Origin: Phage NC-G
Sequence record: MK310184
Reading direction: 5' to 3' (one strand)
Length of the DNA: 64,000 nt
Positions within the stretch are counted from its first letter, which is position 1. Each line of letters starts with the position of its first letter. Positions 50,319 through 61,039 of the stretch are shown piece by piece. A model generated the notes under the pieces. The model saw only the letters and a list, made by a program, of their open reading frames with translations, was not told where the DNA came from and did not search any database. The position numbers were made by a program, and so were the translations under genes.

Positions 50319-51598
50319 TGTCTAAGATTATAGACCTAATTAAAGAATCCACATTGACGGCTGCCAACTCGGTTGGCCGTCCTGCTCTTCTTTCATACAC
50401 CCAAGCAACTAATAAACGAATCTTTAAAGCCCTAGTTGCTGAACAAAAAACAAGCCAACCTGTTGCCGCTCTGTACGGGGTTCGTGTACTTAATCCCGAC
50501 GACAAAATGACTTATCTTGGTGGTGCTACATTTGCAGGCCAGATTGGTATGTCGGAACGTGAAAATATTCCTGAATTTACCGATTCGTCTACAGCTTATG
50601 CAGCCGGAGATATGTTCCAGTTTGAAAGTGTAGTGTTTAAAGTTCTAGAAGCATCCCCTTTCGCCGGAACCACAGAAACCGACCTCGGTGAAGTTATTTC
50701 TGAAGCAGTGGCCGCTGGACATATTCGTATGGTATCAGATGCTGCTATTACTTCTAAATTTGAACAAGGCCATCCTGAAATTGCTGAAGCAGGCTTCCGT
50801 ATTGACAAATGGCAATCTGAAGTTAAATCACGTAAACTGAAAACTTCATTGACAGTCGAATTGGCCCAAGACCTAGAATCAAACGGGTTTAATGCTCCTA
50901 ATTTCGTTGAAAATCTGCTAGGTATTCAAATGGCGGAAGAAATTAATAAGGACGTATTACAGTCATTAATTACGGTGAGTTCTCGTTTTAAAGTCCAGGG
51001 TGTTTCTGAAAAGGGTGTATTAGACCTTACTAACCCGCGTTACGATAATGCCCAGGACCGTGCTCGTACATTATATTATTACATGTGTGAGATGAACTCT
51101 GCCGTCCAACGTCAAACTTCTTTCGCCGGGACTTATGCAGTAGCTAGTTCTCGTTGTGCTGCTATTCTCGCCGCTTCCGGTTGGGTTGAGAAAAAGGAAG
51201 ACCAAGACGAACTGGCTTATGGTGTATTAAAGAATGGTCTGCCTCTTTATGCCGATATGAATAGTCCATGTGATTATGTTATTGTTGGTGTAAATGCTCA
51301 GATGGGTGAAGGACAGACGGTCGCATCTTTATATTATGCGCCTTATACGGAAGGTTTGGATGTGGTTGATGAAGAAGGTGATACTTCAGTAGGTGAATTT
51401 AAGGTTATTGTTGACCCGGAAAGCTTACAACCTACAGTAGCATTGCTTGCTCGTTATGCATTGACTGCAAACCCTTATACCGTCGCTAAGGACGATAAAG
51501 AAGCCCGCATTATTGATGGCTCTGATATGGACAAAATGGCTAACCAAAGCCAGTTGAGTTCTTATCTTGGTGTTAAACTTCCACCACTAGAAAAATAA
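50318..51598 (+). CDS. Second, diverged gp24-family vertex protein paralogue
   Basis: 426 aa, colinear with gp24 at roughly half identity by eye (shared KSRKLKT, TVELAQD, INKDVLQSLITVS, PYTVAKDDKEAR); TAATG overlap with gene 24. Confidence 0.85.
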   Translation: MSKIIDLIKESTLTAANSVGRPALLSYTQATNKRIFKALVAEQKTSQPVAALYGVRVLNPDDKMTYLGGATFAGQIGMSERENIPEFTDSSTAYAAGDMFQFESVVFKVLEASPFAGTTETDLGEVISEAVAAGHIRMVSDAAITSKFEQGHPEIAEAGFRIDKWQSEVKSRKLKTSLTVELAQDLESNGFNAPNFVENLLGIQMAEEINKDVLQSLITVSSRFKVQGVSEKGVLDLTNPRYDNAQDRARTLYYYMCEMNSAVQRQTSFAGTYAVASSRCAAILAASGWVEKKEDQDELAYGVLKNGLPLYADMNSPCDYVIVGVNAQMGEGQTVASLYYAPYTEGLDVVDEEGDTSVGEFKVIVDPESLQPTVALLARYALTANPYTVAKDDKEARIIDGSDMDKMANQSQLSSYLGVKLPPLEK

Positions 51599-51600
51599 AA

Positions 51601-51622
51601 GGGACCGTAAGGTCCCTTTATT
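51601..51622. terminator. Bidirectional terminator hairpin
   Basis: GGGACCgtaaGGTCCC between the convergent gp24 paralogue and rnlB. Confidence 0.5.
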
Positions 51623-51624
51623 GT

Positions 51625-52632
51625 TTATTTGGATACTAATTCAATCCATACGGCTCTTAAGGTATCTTTTACACACTCAACGAGCTGCTTTTTAACTTCA
51701 ACAGGGTTTTCTGCATCGGTTAATTCTAATTCTTCACGGGCTGCCTCTTCCAAAATATCTTGGACCGTTAGTCCCATTACCTTTCCGAAATCTTTAGGTG
51801 ATACTTCACCAATCTTACTGATAACGTTGTTAATACGGTTAACAGTCACATAATCAGTGAATTGCCACATCAAGTCCATATCGTCTTGGGACAATACCAC
51901 TGGAACCTTAATAGGCTTGTCAGACTTTTTCTTCTCGCTGAATTTAGAGTTCTTACATTTAATAGCTACACGATTTCCGTTTGGAAGCCAGAGTGGGTAG
52001 CAAGGTTTTAATACATACCCTTCAGCCGTAAATACTTCGCCTTTTGCTTCAGACTTCCATACACGGGCATTAGCTTCAATTAACCCGACATTATCTACCA
52101 TAAAATTATAATCTTGGACAACAGAATCTAAATCATTTGGCAATTTAATAAGGTCTTCAAATTTACCACGGCCTAAAAGTGGGGCAACTTTAAATCGAAA
52201 TGTCTTACAGAATGATTCCAACATATAATCATCGACATAAGTCACATCGCCACTTTCTGTGGTAACAATAATGTCAAATACATAAAAATCTTTATCACCA
52301 TAATCAACATTCTTCTGAATGCCAGGCCCGGCTAGTTCACCAAAAACTTGATAAGATACAGCAGCTGAAGTTTCCATGATATCTTGTACTGCTTTAATGG
52401 AATCAGCATAATTCTTTAAAACAATTTCATAACCAAAGAAATCTTCGGCTGGGAGAATTGGGCCAGTTCGCTTGGCACATGTGACTGCGCCACGTTCTAT
52501 GATTAAACTAAAGTTGGTTCCATGAATCTTCTCACGTGCTACCCATTCACCACCAGTCAAACCATGGATACGGAGTTTTTCGATAAACTTACTGTTGTAG
52601 TGGTTTTCGAGACTGCTATATTTCTTAAACAT
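51625..52632 (-). CDS. rnlB: RNA ligase 2
   Basis: [20 protein letters not shown]...[19 protein letters not shown] is near-identical to T4 Rnl2, including the adenylylation lysine motif KIHG. Confidence 0.95.
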   Translation of the reverse strand: MFKKYSSLENHYNSKFIEKLRIHGLTGGEWVAREKIHGTNFSLIIERGAVTCAKRTGPILPAEDFFGYEIVLKNYADSIKAVQDIMETSAAVSYQVFGELAGPGIQKNVDYGDKDFYVFDIIVTTESGDVTYVDDYMLESFCKTFRFKVAPLLGRGKFEDLIKLPNDLDSVVQDYNFMVDNVGLIEANARVWKSEAKGEVFTAEGYVLKPCYPLWLPNGNRVAIKCKNSKFSEKKKSDKPIKVPVVLSQDDMDLMWQFTDYVTVNRINNVISKIGEVSPKDFGKVMGLTVQDILEEAAREELELTDAENPVEVKKQLVECVKDTLRAVWIELVSK

Positions 52633-52633
52633 A

Positions 52634-53002
52634 TTATTTGCTTCCATAATCAATTTTAACTAATTTACCTTTAAGGTAACCATAATTTGAAGGTTTACAA
52701 TCAGACATATACATGCTTTCTACTAAGGTTTGGTGCCTTGCATGATGTATTTCTGTTTTCCATAATCCGATATTCGTAACTTCTTGGGCCCTAGGCATAA
52801 CTATAACAAACCCTAACCAAGATTTCCATATAACAGGACACAAATACGGGTCCTTCAATGATGAGAATTCGTGTTCCGTTATATTGCAATAGAGCCCGGT
52901 TAAAAACAGTTTCCAACTATAGAAGCTTGGTATCTTAATGGCGTATCGTTTCGTCAGGAAGACCTGCCGGGTTGCACCATTTCTTTTTCTGATAAATGGC
53001 AT
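52634..53002 (-). CDS. Mini protein-kinase-like protein, 122 aa
   Basis: AIK (beta3-lysine-like), DCKPSN (catalytic-loop-like) and IDYG (DFG-like) motifs in kinase order. Confidence 0.4.
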   Translation of the reverse strand: MPFIRKRNGATRQVFLTKRYAIKIPSFYSWKLFLTGLYCNITEHEFSSLKDPYLCPVIWKSWLGFVIVMPRAQEVTNIGLWKTEIHHARHQTLVESMYMSDCKPSNYGYLKGKLVKIDYGSK

Positions 53003-53116
53003 AAATCACCATAATAAATATAATTAAATAGAAGAGCTAGTAATCTTCTGTCACCAAGCCAAATGGTTTAACGGAAGGACCTAGACCCATTATAACACAC
53101 CTAAATTTAAAGCATA

Positions 53117-53326
53117 TTACTTTGAACTAGAACGCGCTTTGCGCCGAACCTTATTGATTAGACGTTTACGATATACCACTTTCTCTTTTGTTTTAAATTT
53201 CTCTTTGGCTTGTTCCACATCAACCCATGCTTTGGCCATATCCTTAGCGGTCCCGCCCATTTTTTTAGCAATTTCTATAAAATTCAAACCAGATTCGTGT
53301 AAAAAATGTACTTTAACCTTATCCAT
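53117..53326 (-). CDS. Small helix-turn-helix-like DNA-binding protein with basic tail
   Basis: SGLNFIEIAKKMGGTAKDMAKAW resembles an HTH; start at MDKVKV because a promoter-like element overlaps the upstream ATG. Confidence 0.4.
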   Translation of the reverse strand: MDKVKVHFLHESGLNFIEIAKKMGGTAKDMAKAWVDVEQAKEKFKTKEKVVYRKRLINKVRRKARSSSK

Positions 53327-53429
53327 AACAATTCTCTCGTTGAGTTGGTAAACCCATCTTAACATAGGATTTTTAACTTGTAAACAGGAATTTTGTACTT
53401 TAATGCAAAATGGGCCTTGCGGCCCATAA

Positions 53430-54278
53430 TTAGTAAACGTAATCGTATATAATACCAGCTTCTAAAGCGGTGCGATGAATAATTCGACCATTACGAGATT
53501 CCTGTACATCAACCTCTGGGTAGTCGGTAATCATTTTTTGAAGTGTGTATCGGTGCAAATAATACGGGCTATCCGGGTCATCTGTTTTCCAGTCTTGTCC
53601 GGCAAGAGCCATTTTCTGGATTTCATCCATAACCCACCAACCACACCAGATATAAGCTGAATTACGAACTGGCAGCGGGTGGACGTAAGGTAGTTCGCCT
53701 TCCGGTTCAGGAGCAACTTTAGGCGTAATTGTTACATTACCAGATTTTTTGACAGTCACAGGATTATAGTCGGTAGCCGAAACCACAACAGAAACTTCAA
53801 TAACCTGTGAACCTTCGGCACTAGTATCAACCACTAAAGTATCTGTGGTGCCAACTACAGGAGAACCGTCTTTCTTCCAAGAATAGGCAAAAGTAGCTCC
53901 ACTCGGTGCGCCGGCTACAGTAGCTTTAAAAGAAGCCGGAGTTCCTTCAGGAACATTAATTGATTCTGGGGTTAATGTCACAGAAACACCAGACATAGTT
54001 TTATTCTGGATAGTTAAAGTTGTCTCGGCCTCAGCAGTTTCCGGTTCGCCTTCCGCTGGTGTAGTTGTTGCAACAACTTTAATAGTCTTGCTGCCTGCTG
54101 GACCAACAGCAACATAATCCATTGCAGCAGTCACAGAAGATTGAGGAACGCCATCAACGGTCCAGACAAATGATTCGGTACCTTCAGCTGCAGCACCGGA
54201 ACCGGTCGCAGTGAAATTGGTTGTTGCTCCAATAACGGCCGTAGCCGCCAAAGGAGCAATAGATACGGTATAAGCCAT
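53430..54278 (-). CDS. hoc: Head outer capsid protein Hoc (Ig-like domains), 282 aa
   Basis: Thr/Val/Ser-rich Ig-like repeats followed by a C-terminal capsid-binding region; position next to inh. Confidence 0.75.
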   Translation of the reverse strand: MAYTVSIAPLAATAVIGATTNFTATGSGAAAEGTESFVWTVDGVPQSSVTAAMDYVAVGPAGSKTIKVVATTTPAEGEPETAEAETTLTIQNKTMSGVSVTLTPESINVPEGTPASFKATVAGAPSGATFAYSWKKDGSPVVGTTDTLVVDTSAEGSQVIEVSVVVSATDYNPVTVKKSGNVTITPKVAPEPEGELPYVHPLPVRNSAYIWCGWWVMDEIQKMALAGQDWKTDDPDSPYYLHRYTLQKMITDYPEVDVQESRNGRIIHRTALEAGIIYDYVY

Positions 54279-54287
54279 AATAAACCC

Positions 54288-54959
54288 TTATTTTAAAGTG
54301 ACAAAAGATGAGTTACGAGTTTCTCGTATTAGAACAGACCCATTACGATTGATGTAATAAATCAAGCTGAATAGTGTTTGGTGTGCAGTAGGATGTGGGA
54401 AAGCAGTTGGACGTTCTTTCCAATCCAGAGTCTCAGAAATCCACTGATAAATCCACCATGGAACAGTACAGAATCCAGGGTTCTTACCGATAAGCAAAAG
54501 ATTAGGACTGAAGTTTTCGGGTAAAGAGAACACAGGTTTTTCCGATTCAATAACCTTGGCTACAGCCTCTTTGAATTTCTCTTCGACAAATGGGGCATCC
54601 TCTTCAATAATCTCTACCTTAGGAAGTTCGGCTACCTCTATTACTTCAACAACCGCCTCAGGAGCATCGAACAACAGGGTTGCTTCTTCTTTAGCTGGTT
54701 CTGCACCTTCGATAAAATCGTTATCACCGGTGAGTTCGTCAGCAGCATCAATCAAATCAGAAATAGACAAACCTTCGGTTTCTGGGAGTGGTTCGTCAGC
54801 CAAGGCTTTAAGGCCTTCAGAGATATCGATAATCAAATTATCAAACGAACGGGTTTTCTTAAGTTTTAAACCGAACTGTTCGCCGTATTCGATTAACTTA
54901 GCTTTAGCTTCTTTTTTATCTTCGAGTGCACGAAGCTCTTCAATATATTGAGTATCCAT
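54288..54959 (-). CDS. inh: Inhibitor of prohead protease
   Basis: 223 aa at the T4 inh position. Confidence 0.7.
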   Translation of the reverse strand: MDTQYIEELRALEDKKEAKAKLIEYGEQFGLKLKKTRSFDNLIIDISEGLKALADEPLPETEGLSISDLIDAADELTGDNDFIEGAEPAKEEATLLFDAPEAVVEVIEVAELPKVEIIEEDAPFVEEKFKEAVAKVIESEKPVFSLPENFSPNLLLIGKNPGFCTVPWWIYQWISETLDWKERPTAFPHPTAHQTLFSLIYYINRNGSVLIRETRNSSFVTLK

Positions 54960-55014
54960 AATTAGTCTCTTGTTGGTGTATAAATATAGTTATATTTATA
55001 ACTGAGAATTAGAC

Positions 55015-56511
55015 ATGCAAATTCAAGTACATTTTGATAATTTTAGTCATGTTCGTGTTGAGTGTGATGAATCCACCTTCTACGAACTCAGAGACTATTT
55101 CAGCTTTGAAGCTGATGGATATAAATTTAACCCTAAATACCGTTACGGGCAATGGGATGGGAGAATTCGTCTTCTAGATTATAACCGTAAACTTCCGTAT
55201 GGTCTAGTCCCACAAATTAAAAAATTCGCTGACCAGTTTGAATACTCTCTTTGGATAGACCCACGTATTCTTGAACAGGAAGATATTTCTCGCGAAGATT
55301 TTGACTCATGGGTAGCTTCACAAGAGATTTATTCAGGTTCTACCAAGATTGAGCCACATTGGTATCAGAATGAAGCCGTATACAACGGTCTGACAAAACG
55401 TCGTGCAATTCTGAATTTACCTACATCCGCAGGTAAATCATTGATTCAGGCGCTCCTGAGTCGATATTACGTTGAGAACTATGAAGGTAAAATTCTTATC
55501 TTAGTTCCTACTACTGCACTTGTCGACCAGATGATTAATGACTTCGTTGATTATCGTTTGTTCCCTAAAGCTGCTATGCTTGGTATTCGTTCAGGTACTG
55601 CTCGTGATTCCGATGCAATGATTTATGTTTCAACTTATCAAACGGCTATTAAACAACCTAAAGAATGGTTTGCTCAGTTTGGTATGTTTATGAACGACGA
55701 ATGCCATTTGGCGACAGGTAAATCAATTTCTACCATCATCGAAGGCCTAACCAATTGTATGTTTAAATTCGGTTTGTCTGGTTCTTTAAAAGACGGTAAA
55801 GCTAATTTAATGCAATATATGGGTTTGTTTGGTGATGTGTTTAAGCCGGTATCCACTTCACAGTTAATGGAAGAAGGACAGGTTACAGACCTTAAAATCA
55901 ACAGTATTTTCCTTCGGTACCCAGACGAATTCACTGTTAAGATGAAAGGTAAAGATTACCAATCAGAAATAAAGGTCATTACTAAGGCTACTCGTCGTAA
56001 TAAATGGGTTGCTAATTTAGCTGTTAAACTCGCTAAGAAAGAAGAGAACGTATTCTTGATGTTTAAAAACATCGAACACGGTAAAACTCTTTTTGAAATG
56101 GTTAAAGAGCAACATAAAGAAGTTTATTACGTATCAGGTGAAGTTAATACCGAAACGCGTAATGCTCTGAAAGTAATGGCGGAAAATGGTAAGGGTATTA
56201 TTGTTGTGGCAAGTTATGGTGTGTTCTCTACTGGTATTTCCGTTAAGAACCTTCATCATGTTGTATTTGCTCATCCGGTAAAATCTAAAATCATTGTACT
56301 CCAGACAATTGGTCGTGTACTCCGTAAACATGCTTCTAAATCAACAGCACAAGTTTGGGACATTATAGACGACATGGGCGTTAAGCCTAAATCAGCAAAT
56401 GCTAAAAAGAAATATGTTCATTTGAATTATGCATTAAAACATGCCTTAGAACGTATTCAACGTTATGCTGACGAGAAATTTAATTACGTAATGAAACAGG
56501 TGGATTTATGA
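55015..56511 (+). CDS. uvsW: UvsW helicase (SF2)
   Basis: 498 aa; Walker A TSAGKS, DEAD-like DECH; position before uvsY. Confidence 0.9.
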   Translation: MQIQVHFDNFSHVRVECDESTFYELRDYFSFEADGYKFNPKYRYGQWDGRIRLLDYNRKLPYGLVPQIKKFADQFEYSLWIDPRILEQEDISREDFDSWVASQEIYSGSTKIEPHWYQNEAVYNGLTKRRAILNLPTSAGKSLIQALLSRYYVENYEGKILILVPTTALVDQMINDFVDYRLFPKAAMLGIRSGTARDSDAMIYVSTYQTAIKQPKEWFAQFGMFMNDECHLATGKSISTIIEGLTNCMFKFGLSGSLKDGKANLMQYMGLFGDVFKPVSTSQLMEEGQVTDLKINSIFLRYPDEFTVKMKGKDYQSEIKVITKATRRNKWVANLAVKLAKKEENVFLMFKNIEHGKTLFEMVKEQHKEVYYVSGEVNTETRNALKVMAENGKGIIVVASYGVFSTGISVKNLHHVVFAHPVKSKIIVLQTIGRVLRKHASKSTAQVWDIIDDMGVKPKSANAKKKYVHLNYALKHALERIQRYADEKFNYVMKQVDL

Positions 56512-56735
56512 AGTCCTTTAAAGAAGTTATCTATGAAGCCTCTATTGAGAGCTTCATGTCTAAAATTAGTTCTTGTCAAACCATGGACGGTTTGGAGGAA
56601 TTGGAGAAGTATTACAAAACTCGTAGTAAAGAAGCTGAGCTTCGAGATTCGGATGATATCAGTGTTCGTGATGCCTTAGCAGGTAAACGAGCTGAATTAG
56701 AATCTATGGACGACGAGGAAGAGGAAGATTTCTAA
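56508..56735 (+). CDS. uvsW.1: UvsW.1 small acidic protein
   Basis: 75 aa overlapping the uvsW stop, as in T4. Confidence 0.75.
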   Translation: MKSFKEVIYEASIESFMSKISSCQTMDGLEELEKYYKTRSKEAELRDSDDISVRDALAGKRAELESMDDEEEEDF

Positions 56736-56741
56736 ACAAAA

Positions 56742-56768
56742 AAGGCCCAACCTTTCGGAAGGGCCAAT
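56742..56768. terminator. Terminator hairpin, same family as 13321..13348
   Basis: GGCCCaacctttcggaaGGGCC between convergent genes. Confidence 0.5.
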
Positions 56769-56795
56769 AACCATAAAATGGCTATACACACTAGA

Positions 56796-56963
56796 CTAAA
56801 GTAGTAATTGGGTTTCGTTCAGCTGTTCTTCAGTGTTTTCCGTAACAGGCATGCTTTGAACGTAATTATAACATGAACCCGGATGAACCGGACCTTTTTC
56901 TGTTTCAACAACCAATGCAGCATCGATTGGAGTTTTACAGACAACGCAAATCTTATCTGACAT
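56796..56963 (-). CDS. Small Cys-containing protein, 55 aa, at the uvsY.-2 position
   Basis: ATG with AAGGAGACAATC Shine-Dalgarno; translates MSDKICVVCKTPIDAALVVETEKGPVHPGSCYNY... with CxxC and C spacing. Confidence 0.55.
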   Translation of the reverse strand: MSDKICVVCKTPIDAALVVETEKGPVHPGSCYNYVQSMPVTENTEEQLNETQLLL

Positions 56964-56991
56964 GATTGTCTCCTTAGTTTAACTTACATAT

Positions 56992-57090
56992 CTATTTATT
57001 ACTTGCTAAAGCGGCATTAATGAATTCTTGGAGAAGTTTCATCTTATCGGCACCTACTTTAATGGGTTTGATATTTTTAGTACGTCTCAT
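56992..57090 (-). CDS. Very small basic protein, 32 aa, at the uvsY.-1 position
   Basis: ATG overlaps the uvsY stop (TAATG); translates MRRTKNIKPIKVGADKMKLLQEFINAALASNK. Confidence 0.4.
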   Translation of the reverse strand: MRRTKNIKPIKVGADKMKLLQEFINAALASNK

Positions 57091-57524
57091 TATTTGCCAG
57101 CCTCAAATTGTCTCATTTCATGCATGGTCTTAAGGTTAAAACCTCGCGCCTTAATAGCATCCAGTGCTGAACTACAAAAGTCCTGTAATAAGGCCCAATA
57201 CTGGATTGATGTATCTATTTTAATCACGCTAGAATCTGCGGCCATTACAGTCTTTAATTCTGACTTCTCATATTGGTCCATACAAACCTCATCACCAGGC
57301 TCTCCACGTCCCGTGTAGAAATCTAAACGCTTCTTAAGAGAGGTCTTTTTCTGGATTTCTAATCGCATTATCTCTTTCTTACAATTCGTATACAGCCTTA
57401 GCCATTTGCTGTGCAGCAAAACGTTGTTCTGAACTTCATACTGTAAACGAGTCCCATCAATCTTTAAATCTTCATCCAAAGCATCCTGAAACGACTCTAA
57501 TTTATATTCAATCTCTTTACTCAT
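57090..57524 (-). CDS. uvsY: Recombination mediator UvsY
   Basis: LQYEVQNNVLLHSKWL ... YEKSELKTVMAADSSVIKIDTSIQYWALLQDFCSSALDAIKARGF closely matches T4 UvsY; start set at MSKEIEY. Confidence 0.9.
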   Translation of the reverse strand: MSKEIEYKLESFQDALDEDLKIDGTRLQYEVQNNVLLHSKWLRLYTNCKKEIMRLEIQKKTSLKKRLDFYTGRGEPGDEVCMDQYEKSELKTVMAADSSVIKIDTSIQYWALLQDFCSSALDAIKARGFNLKTMHEMRQFEAGK

Positions 57525-57582
57525 CGCATGTTTCCTGTGTAATAACCATAGGACCATTATACACTATTCATTTGAACAGCAA

Positions 57583-57972
57583 TTAACCACTCTGTGAGAG
57601 CTGGATTCTAATTTGCTCTAATGTATCCGGGTCGTCAACAATACTAAACTGGACGGTTACTATAATAGAGTTGTCATCATAAACAGGGGTAACGCCTACG
57701 GCAAGAGCAGAAATTCTAGGTTCGAAGTTCCGAACGGCAGAAACTATATTACGCTTAATGGTATCCGTGATTAATGGGGTAATATTCTCAAATAGTTGAT
57801 TACTGATATCACAACCAAATTCAGGCATAAAAGGGCGAGAACCCTTACGAGTAGTAATAATGCCTAACAAGCTATTTTTTACTGCGCGAGCCCCTGTAGC
57901 TTTAGCGACGTCTCTATTCCAAGACGTCCTCATTTCAGGGTCTAAATCTGAATACATTTTATCGATATTCAT
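57583..57972 (-). CDS. 25: Baseplate wedge protein gp25 (lysozyme-like fold)
   Basis: 129 aa at the T4 gene 25 position. Confidence 0.85.
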   Translation of the reverse strand: MNIDKMYSDLDPEMRTSWNRDVAKATGARAVKNSLLGIITTRKGSRPFMPEFGCDISNQLFENITPLITDTIKRNIVSAVRNFEPRISALAVGVTPVYDDNSIIVTVQFSIVDDPDTLEQIRIQLSQSG

Positions 57973-58595
57973 TACATCACCTTAAAGAACTCTTTAAGTC
58001 CCTCAATAACGTGGACGGTATGCTCACCACATTCACAAGAAATAGGTATGGCCAAAATAGGCTTAGGGGCGACTAGAGCATCATAAATTTCTTTTACATC
58101 TTTTTCTGTTATCACAGAATAAAGGTCGTCTAGTTCCGCATCACTTAAATCAGAAAGAAGAAGCTTTTCGCCTGCAGAAGTTAAAATATAATCGATACAT
58201 CCTGCAACCATCATAGCCCTATTTTTGTCTTCAAAGAGCTTAGGATATCTGAACACTATTTTAAAGTTGCCGAAGTCCTTAATAATATCAGGCTCTTTAC
58301 CTAATGTAGCGCGAGTTAACGTCATAGGGACAACCTGGGAGCGGCCACAACTGCAAACCCACTCACGTTCTATATTCACTTCAGCTAGTGAATGGGCCCA
58401 CAGGTTTATCACCAGGAGCTCAGATTCTTGCTTGTTTAAACCACGAGCATCTGTGCAATTCAAAATGAGTTCATTGATAAAGGGCTCTATTCTGTCTTCT
58501 AATTTAGCTTGGAGCAAGTCCTTATACTCTCTGAGGGTAAATGCTCTGCATTTTATGGTCTTGTTTTTAATTTTTACGTCAAAAGTATAATTCAT
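57972..58595 (-). CDS. 26: Baseplate hub protein gp26
   Basis: 207 aa at the T4 gene 26 position. Confidence 0.8.
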   Translation of the reverse strand: MNYTFDVKIKNKTIKCRAFTLREYKDLLQAKLEDRIEPFINELILNCTDARGLNKQESELLVINLWAHSLAEVNIEREWVCSCGRSQVVPMTLTRATLGKEPDIIKDFGNFKIVFRYPKLFEDKNRAMMVAGCIDYILTSAGEKLLLSDLSDAELDDLYSVITEKDVKEIYDALVAPKPILAIPISCECGEHTVHVIEGLKEFFKVM

Positions 58596-58613
58596 TGTCT
58601 TCTCCTTTAAGCT

Positions 58614-58625
58614 TATTTATAAATA
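58614..58625. promoter_or_regulatory. Overlapping divergent late promoters for genes 26 and 51
   Basis: TATTTATAAATA reads TATAAATA on both strands (plus 58618..58625, minus 58614..58621). Confidence 0.55.
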
Positions 58626-58645
58626 CATCAATAAGAGGATACCCT

Positions 58646-59398
58646 ATGGCTAATATAGTACGTTGCGAAATGCCTGATGGAGTCCACCGATTTAAACCTT
58701 TTACAGTAGCTGATTATCGTGATTTTATTTTGATTCGAAATGATATGAATAATAAATCACCTGAAGAGCAAAAACAAATTTTAGATGAGTTACTGGAAGA
58801 ATACTTTGGTGAGTACCCTGTGTCATGGCGCCCATACATGTTTATTGAATTGTATACGTCATCTCTCGGCAAGACCAAAATTCCTATCCGATACACTTGC
58901 AGTAAGTGTGAAAAGGATAGACAAGTTTTATTCAATTTGAAGCAGACCGGGTTAGTTAACCCTACAATTGAAGTGGCTGGCTTGAAATTGACATTCAAAT
59001 TCCCTGAAATAGAATATCATGATAAATCCGAATTGATTTTGAATACCCTCCAGTCAGTAGAAGATGAAAATGGGGTTTATAACTGGACAGACCTTTCTGA
59101 AGAAGACCAGTTAGCCGTAATAGATGCTATAGACTTATCTACTTTAGAGGATATAGTCAAACAAACAAGCCCTATTCATTTCGAGCTCAAATATGGGTGC
59201 TGTAATCGTAGAACAATTACATACACTGACATTTTAGAAGTGTTTAAACTTATAGTCAATCCGGATGAGATATTTTTATTTTACCAAATAAACCATTTAC
59301 TGGTAAAGAACAACTATTCATTAGAAAGCATTATGCAGATGATTCCAATCGAACGCGGTATTGCTTTGTCTTTGGTTGAAAAGGACCTTAAGAAATGA
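58646..59398 (+). CDS. 51: Baseplate hub assembly protein gp51
   Basis: Start at MANIVRCE after the late promoter, AAGAGGATACCCT Shine-Dalgarno; 250 aa. Confidence 0.8.
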   Translation: MANIVRCEMPDGVHRFKPFTVADYRDFILIRNDMNNKSPEEQKQILDELLEEYFGEYPVSWRPYMFIELYTSSLGKTKIPIRYTCSKCEKDRQVLFNLKQTGLVNPTIEVAGLKLTFKFPEIEYHDKSELILNTLQSVEDENGVYNWTDLSEEDQLAVIDAIDLSTLEDIVKQTSPIHFELKYGCCNRRTITYTDILEVFKLIVNPDEIFLFYQINHLLVKNNYSLESIMQMIPIERGIALSLVEKDLKK

Positions 59399-60564
59399 GT
59401 TCAAAAACTATGCAGCGTGAAGGCTTTCCTAATATTAGTATACGCCTTTACGAAGATTATGACGCCTGGTTAGAGCATCGTTTTGTTGAACTAGGCGCGA
59501 CATTTACTACCCTAACAATGCGAGATGGTCTTTATGGTAATAATGAAGGATTGCTCCAGTTTTATGATGCAAAAAACCTTCATACTAAAATGGATGGTGA
59601 ACAAATTATCCAAGTTTCTGTTAAGAATGCCAACTCGGAACGTACCCAATCAAGAATTTACGGAAGTAAACACTTTGCAGTAGGGGTGGATTCTAAGGGC
59701 GACAATATCATAACAATACAACTCGCCCCTATCCACTTTTTAGAAAATCTTAAATTCGGACGTATGTTCTTCCCTAGTGTCCAAGAAACATTAACAGAAA
59801 TGATTGGCGTTATTTACCAGGACCGACCGCTCCTTGCACCCCCATTGAACGGGATAAACGTTTATGTTCCTAATGTTCCGTGGTGTGATTCTATGGACAG
59901 ATATATGGAATTTGTACGAGAAGTTGGTATGGCCGTTGAATCCGATAAATTTGTATTTGTCTGGGAAGATATAGATGGTATTTCTATAATGGACTACGAA
60001 TTTATGGTTAATCAAGAGCCTATCAATTTTGTGGTTGGTGAGCCTCGTTTAATAGGCCAATACGTCCAAGATATGGATACTCCTATTGCATTTGATTTTG
60101 AGTGGTTAACTAAAGCTAACCAACATACCCGAAAACCTTACGAAAATGCTACAGTATACGCCCATTCGTTCTTAGATAAAAACGCCACACGAATTACTTT
60201 TGGTGATGGACAAAACAGTATATTGGTTTCTCGTTCAGGTGGATATTCTGATTATACCTACCGAAACGGATTTGAAGAAGCCGATAGATTGGTTACTATG
60301 GCCCAGTATGATGGGTACGCTCATTGCAAGGTATATGGGAACTTTGAATTAACTCCAGGTGATAAGATTAACTTCTATGACCCTAAAAACCAATTCCAAT
60401 ACGATTTTTATGTAGACGAAGTTATTCATGAAGTGAGTAACAATACATCAATTACAAACCTTTATATGTTTACTAATGGTAAGCCTATTAAGATTGAAGA
60501 GCCACCGAAGGTTAAAAATGAACTTAAAACTGATACTCCCGATCAAGAAAATAACGCTGGGTGA
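59395..60564 (+). CDS. 27: Baseplate hub protein gp27
   Basis: 389 aa, as T4 gp27. Confidence 0.9.
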   Translation: MSSKTMQREGFPNISIRLYEDYDAWLEHRFVELGATFTTLTMRDGLYGNNEGLLQFYDAKNLHTKMDGEQIIQVSVKNANSERTQSRIYGSKHFAVGVDSKGDNIITIQLAPIHFLENLKFGRMFFPSVQETLTEMIGVIYQDRPLLAPPLNGINVYVPNVPWCDSMDRYMEFVREVGMAVESDKFVFVWEDIDGISIMDYEFMVNQEPINFVVGEPRLIGQYVQDMDTPIAFDFEWLTKANQHTRKPYENATVYAHSFLDKNATRITFGDGQNSILVSRSGGYSDYTYRNGFEEADRLVTMAQYDGYAHCKVYGNFELTPGDKINFYDPKNQFQYDFYVDEVIHEVSNNTSITNLYMFTNGKPIKIEEPPKVKNELKTDTPDQENNAG

Positions 60565-61039
60565 TAAAGAGATTTCCATTCCTAAATTAGGTCTTAAACA
60601 CCAAAAATTGGTTAAAGATGAAAAGGACCCATATAAAGCTCTTCATATATTAATGAATTCCATTTATAAGGGTTTAACTGCGGCAGAGACTGATTTCGCT
60701 GCTCTTCATCTTTTAGAATTCAACGGACGGTTAAAAGAAAAGGTGACTAAGGATGGATTTACATATAACCTAAATGACCTTTATATCTGCCAACGTCTTG
60801 AATTCCAATTCCAAGGTAAAACATTTAAATTTAAATCACACGAACCGTTCCAAACATTTGGTCCTGTTGATAGTGTACTACAATCTCTTTACCTTGGCGA
60901 TGATGTACCAGATTTTCTGGATATGCCTGCCTTTGTTGCTACATGGGCCGACGATATAACTTCTACTGTAGCTATCCCTGGTCCTAATGGTCCTATTAAA
61001 GGATTGCTTAAAATCATGGATATCTTAAATGAAGAATGA
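60518..61039 (+). CDS. 28: Baseplate hub distal protein gp28
   Basis: Start at the first ATG (MNLKLIL), overlapping the gene 27 end; 173 aa. Confidence 0.75.
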   Translation: MNLKLILPIKKITLGDKEISIPKLGLKHQKLVKDEKDPYKALHILMNSIYKGLTAAETDFAALHLLEFNGRLKEKVTKDGFTYNLNDLYICQRLEFQFQGKTFKFKSHEPFQTFGPVDSVLQSLYLGDDVPDFLDMPAFVATWADDITSTVAIPGPNGPIKGLLKIMDILNEE

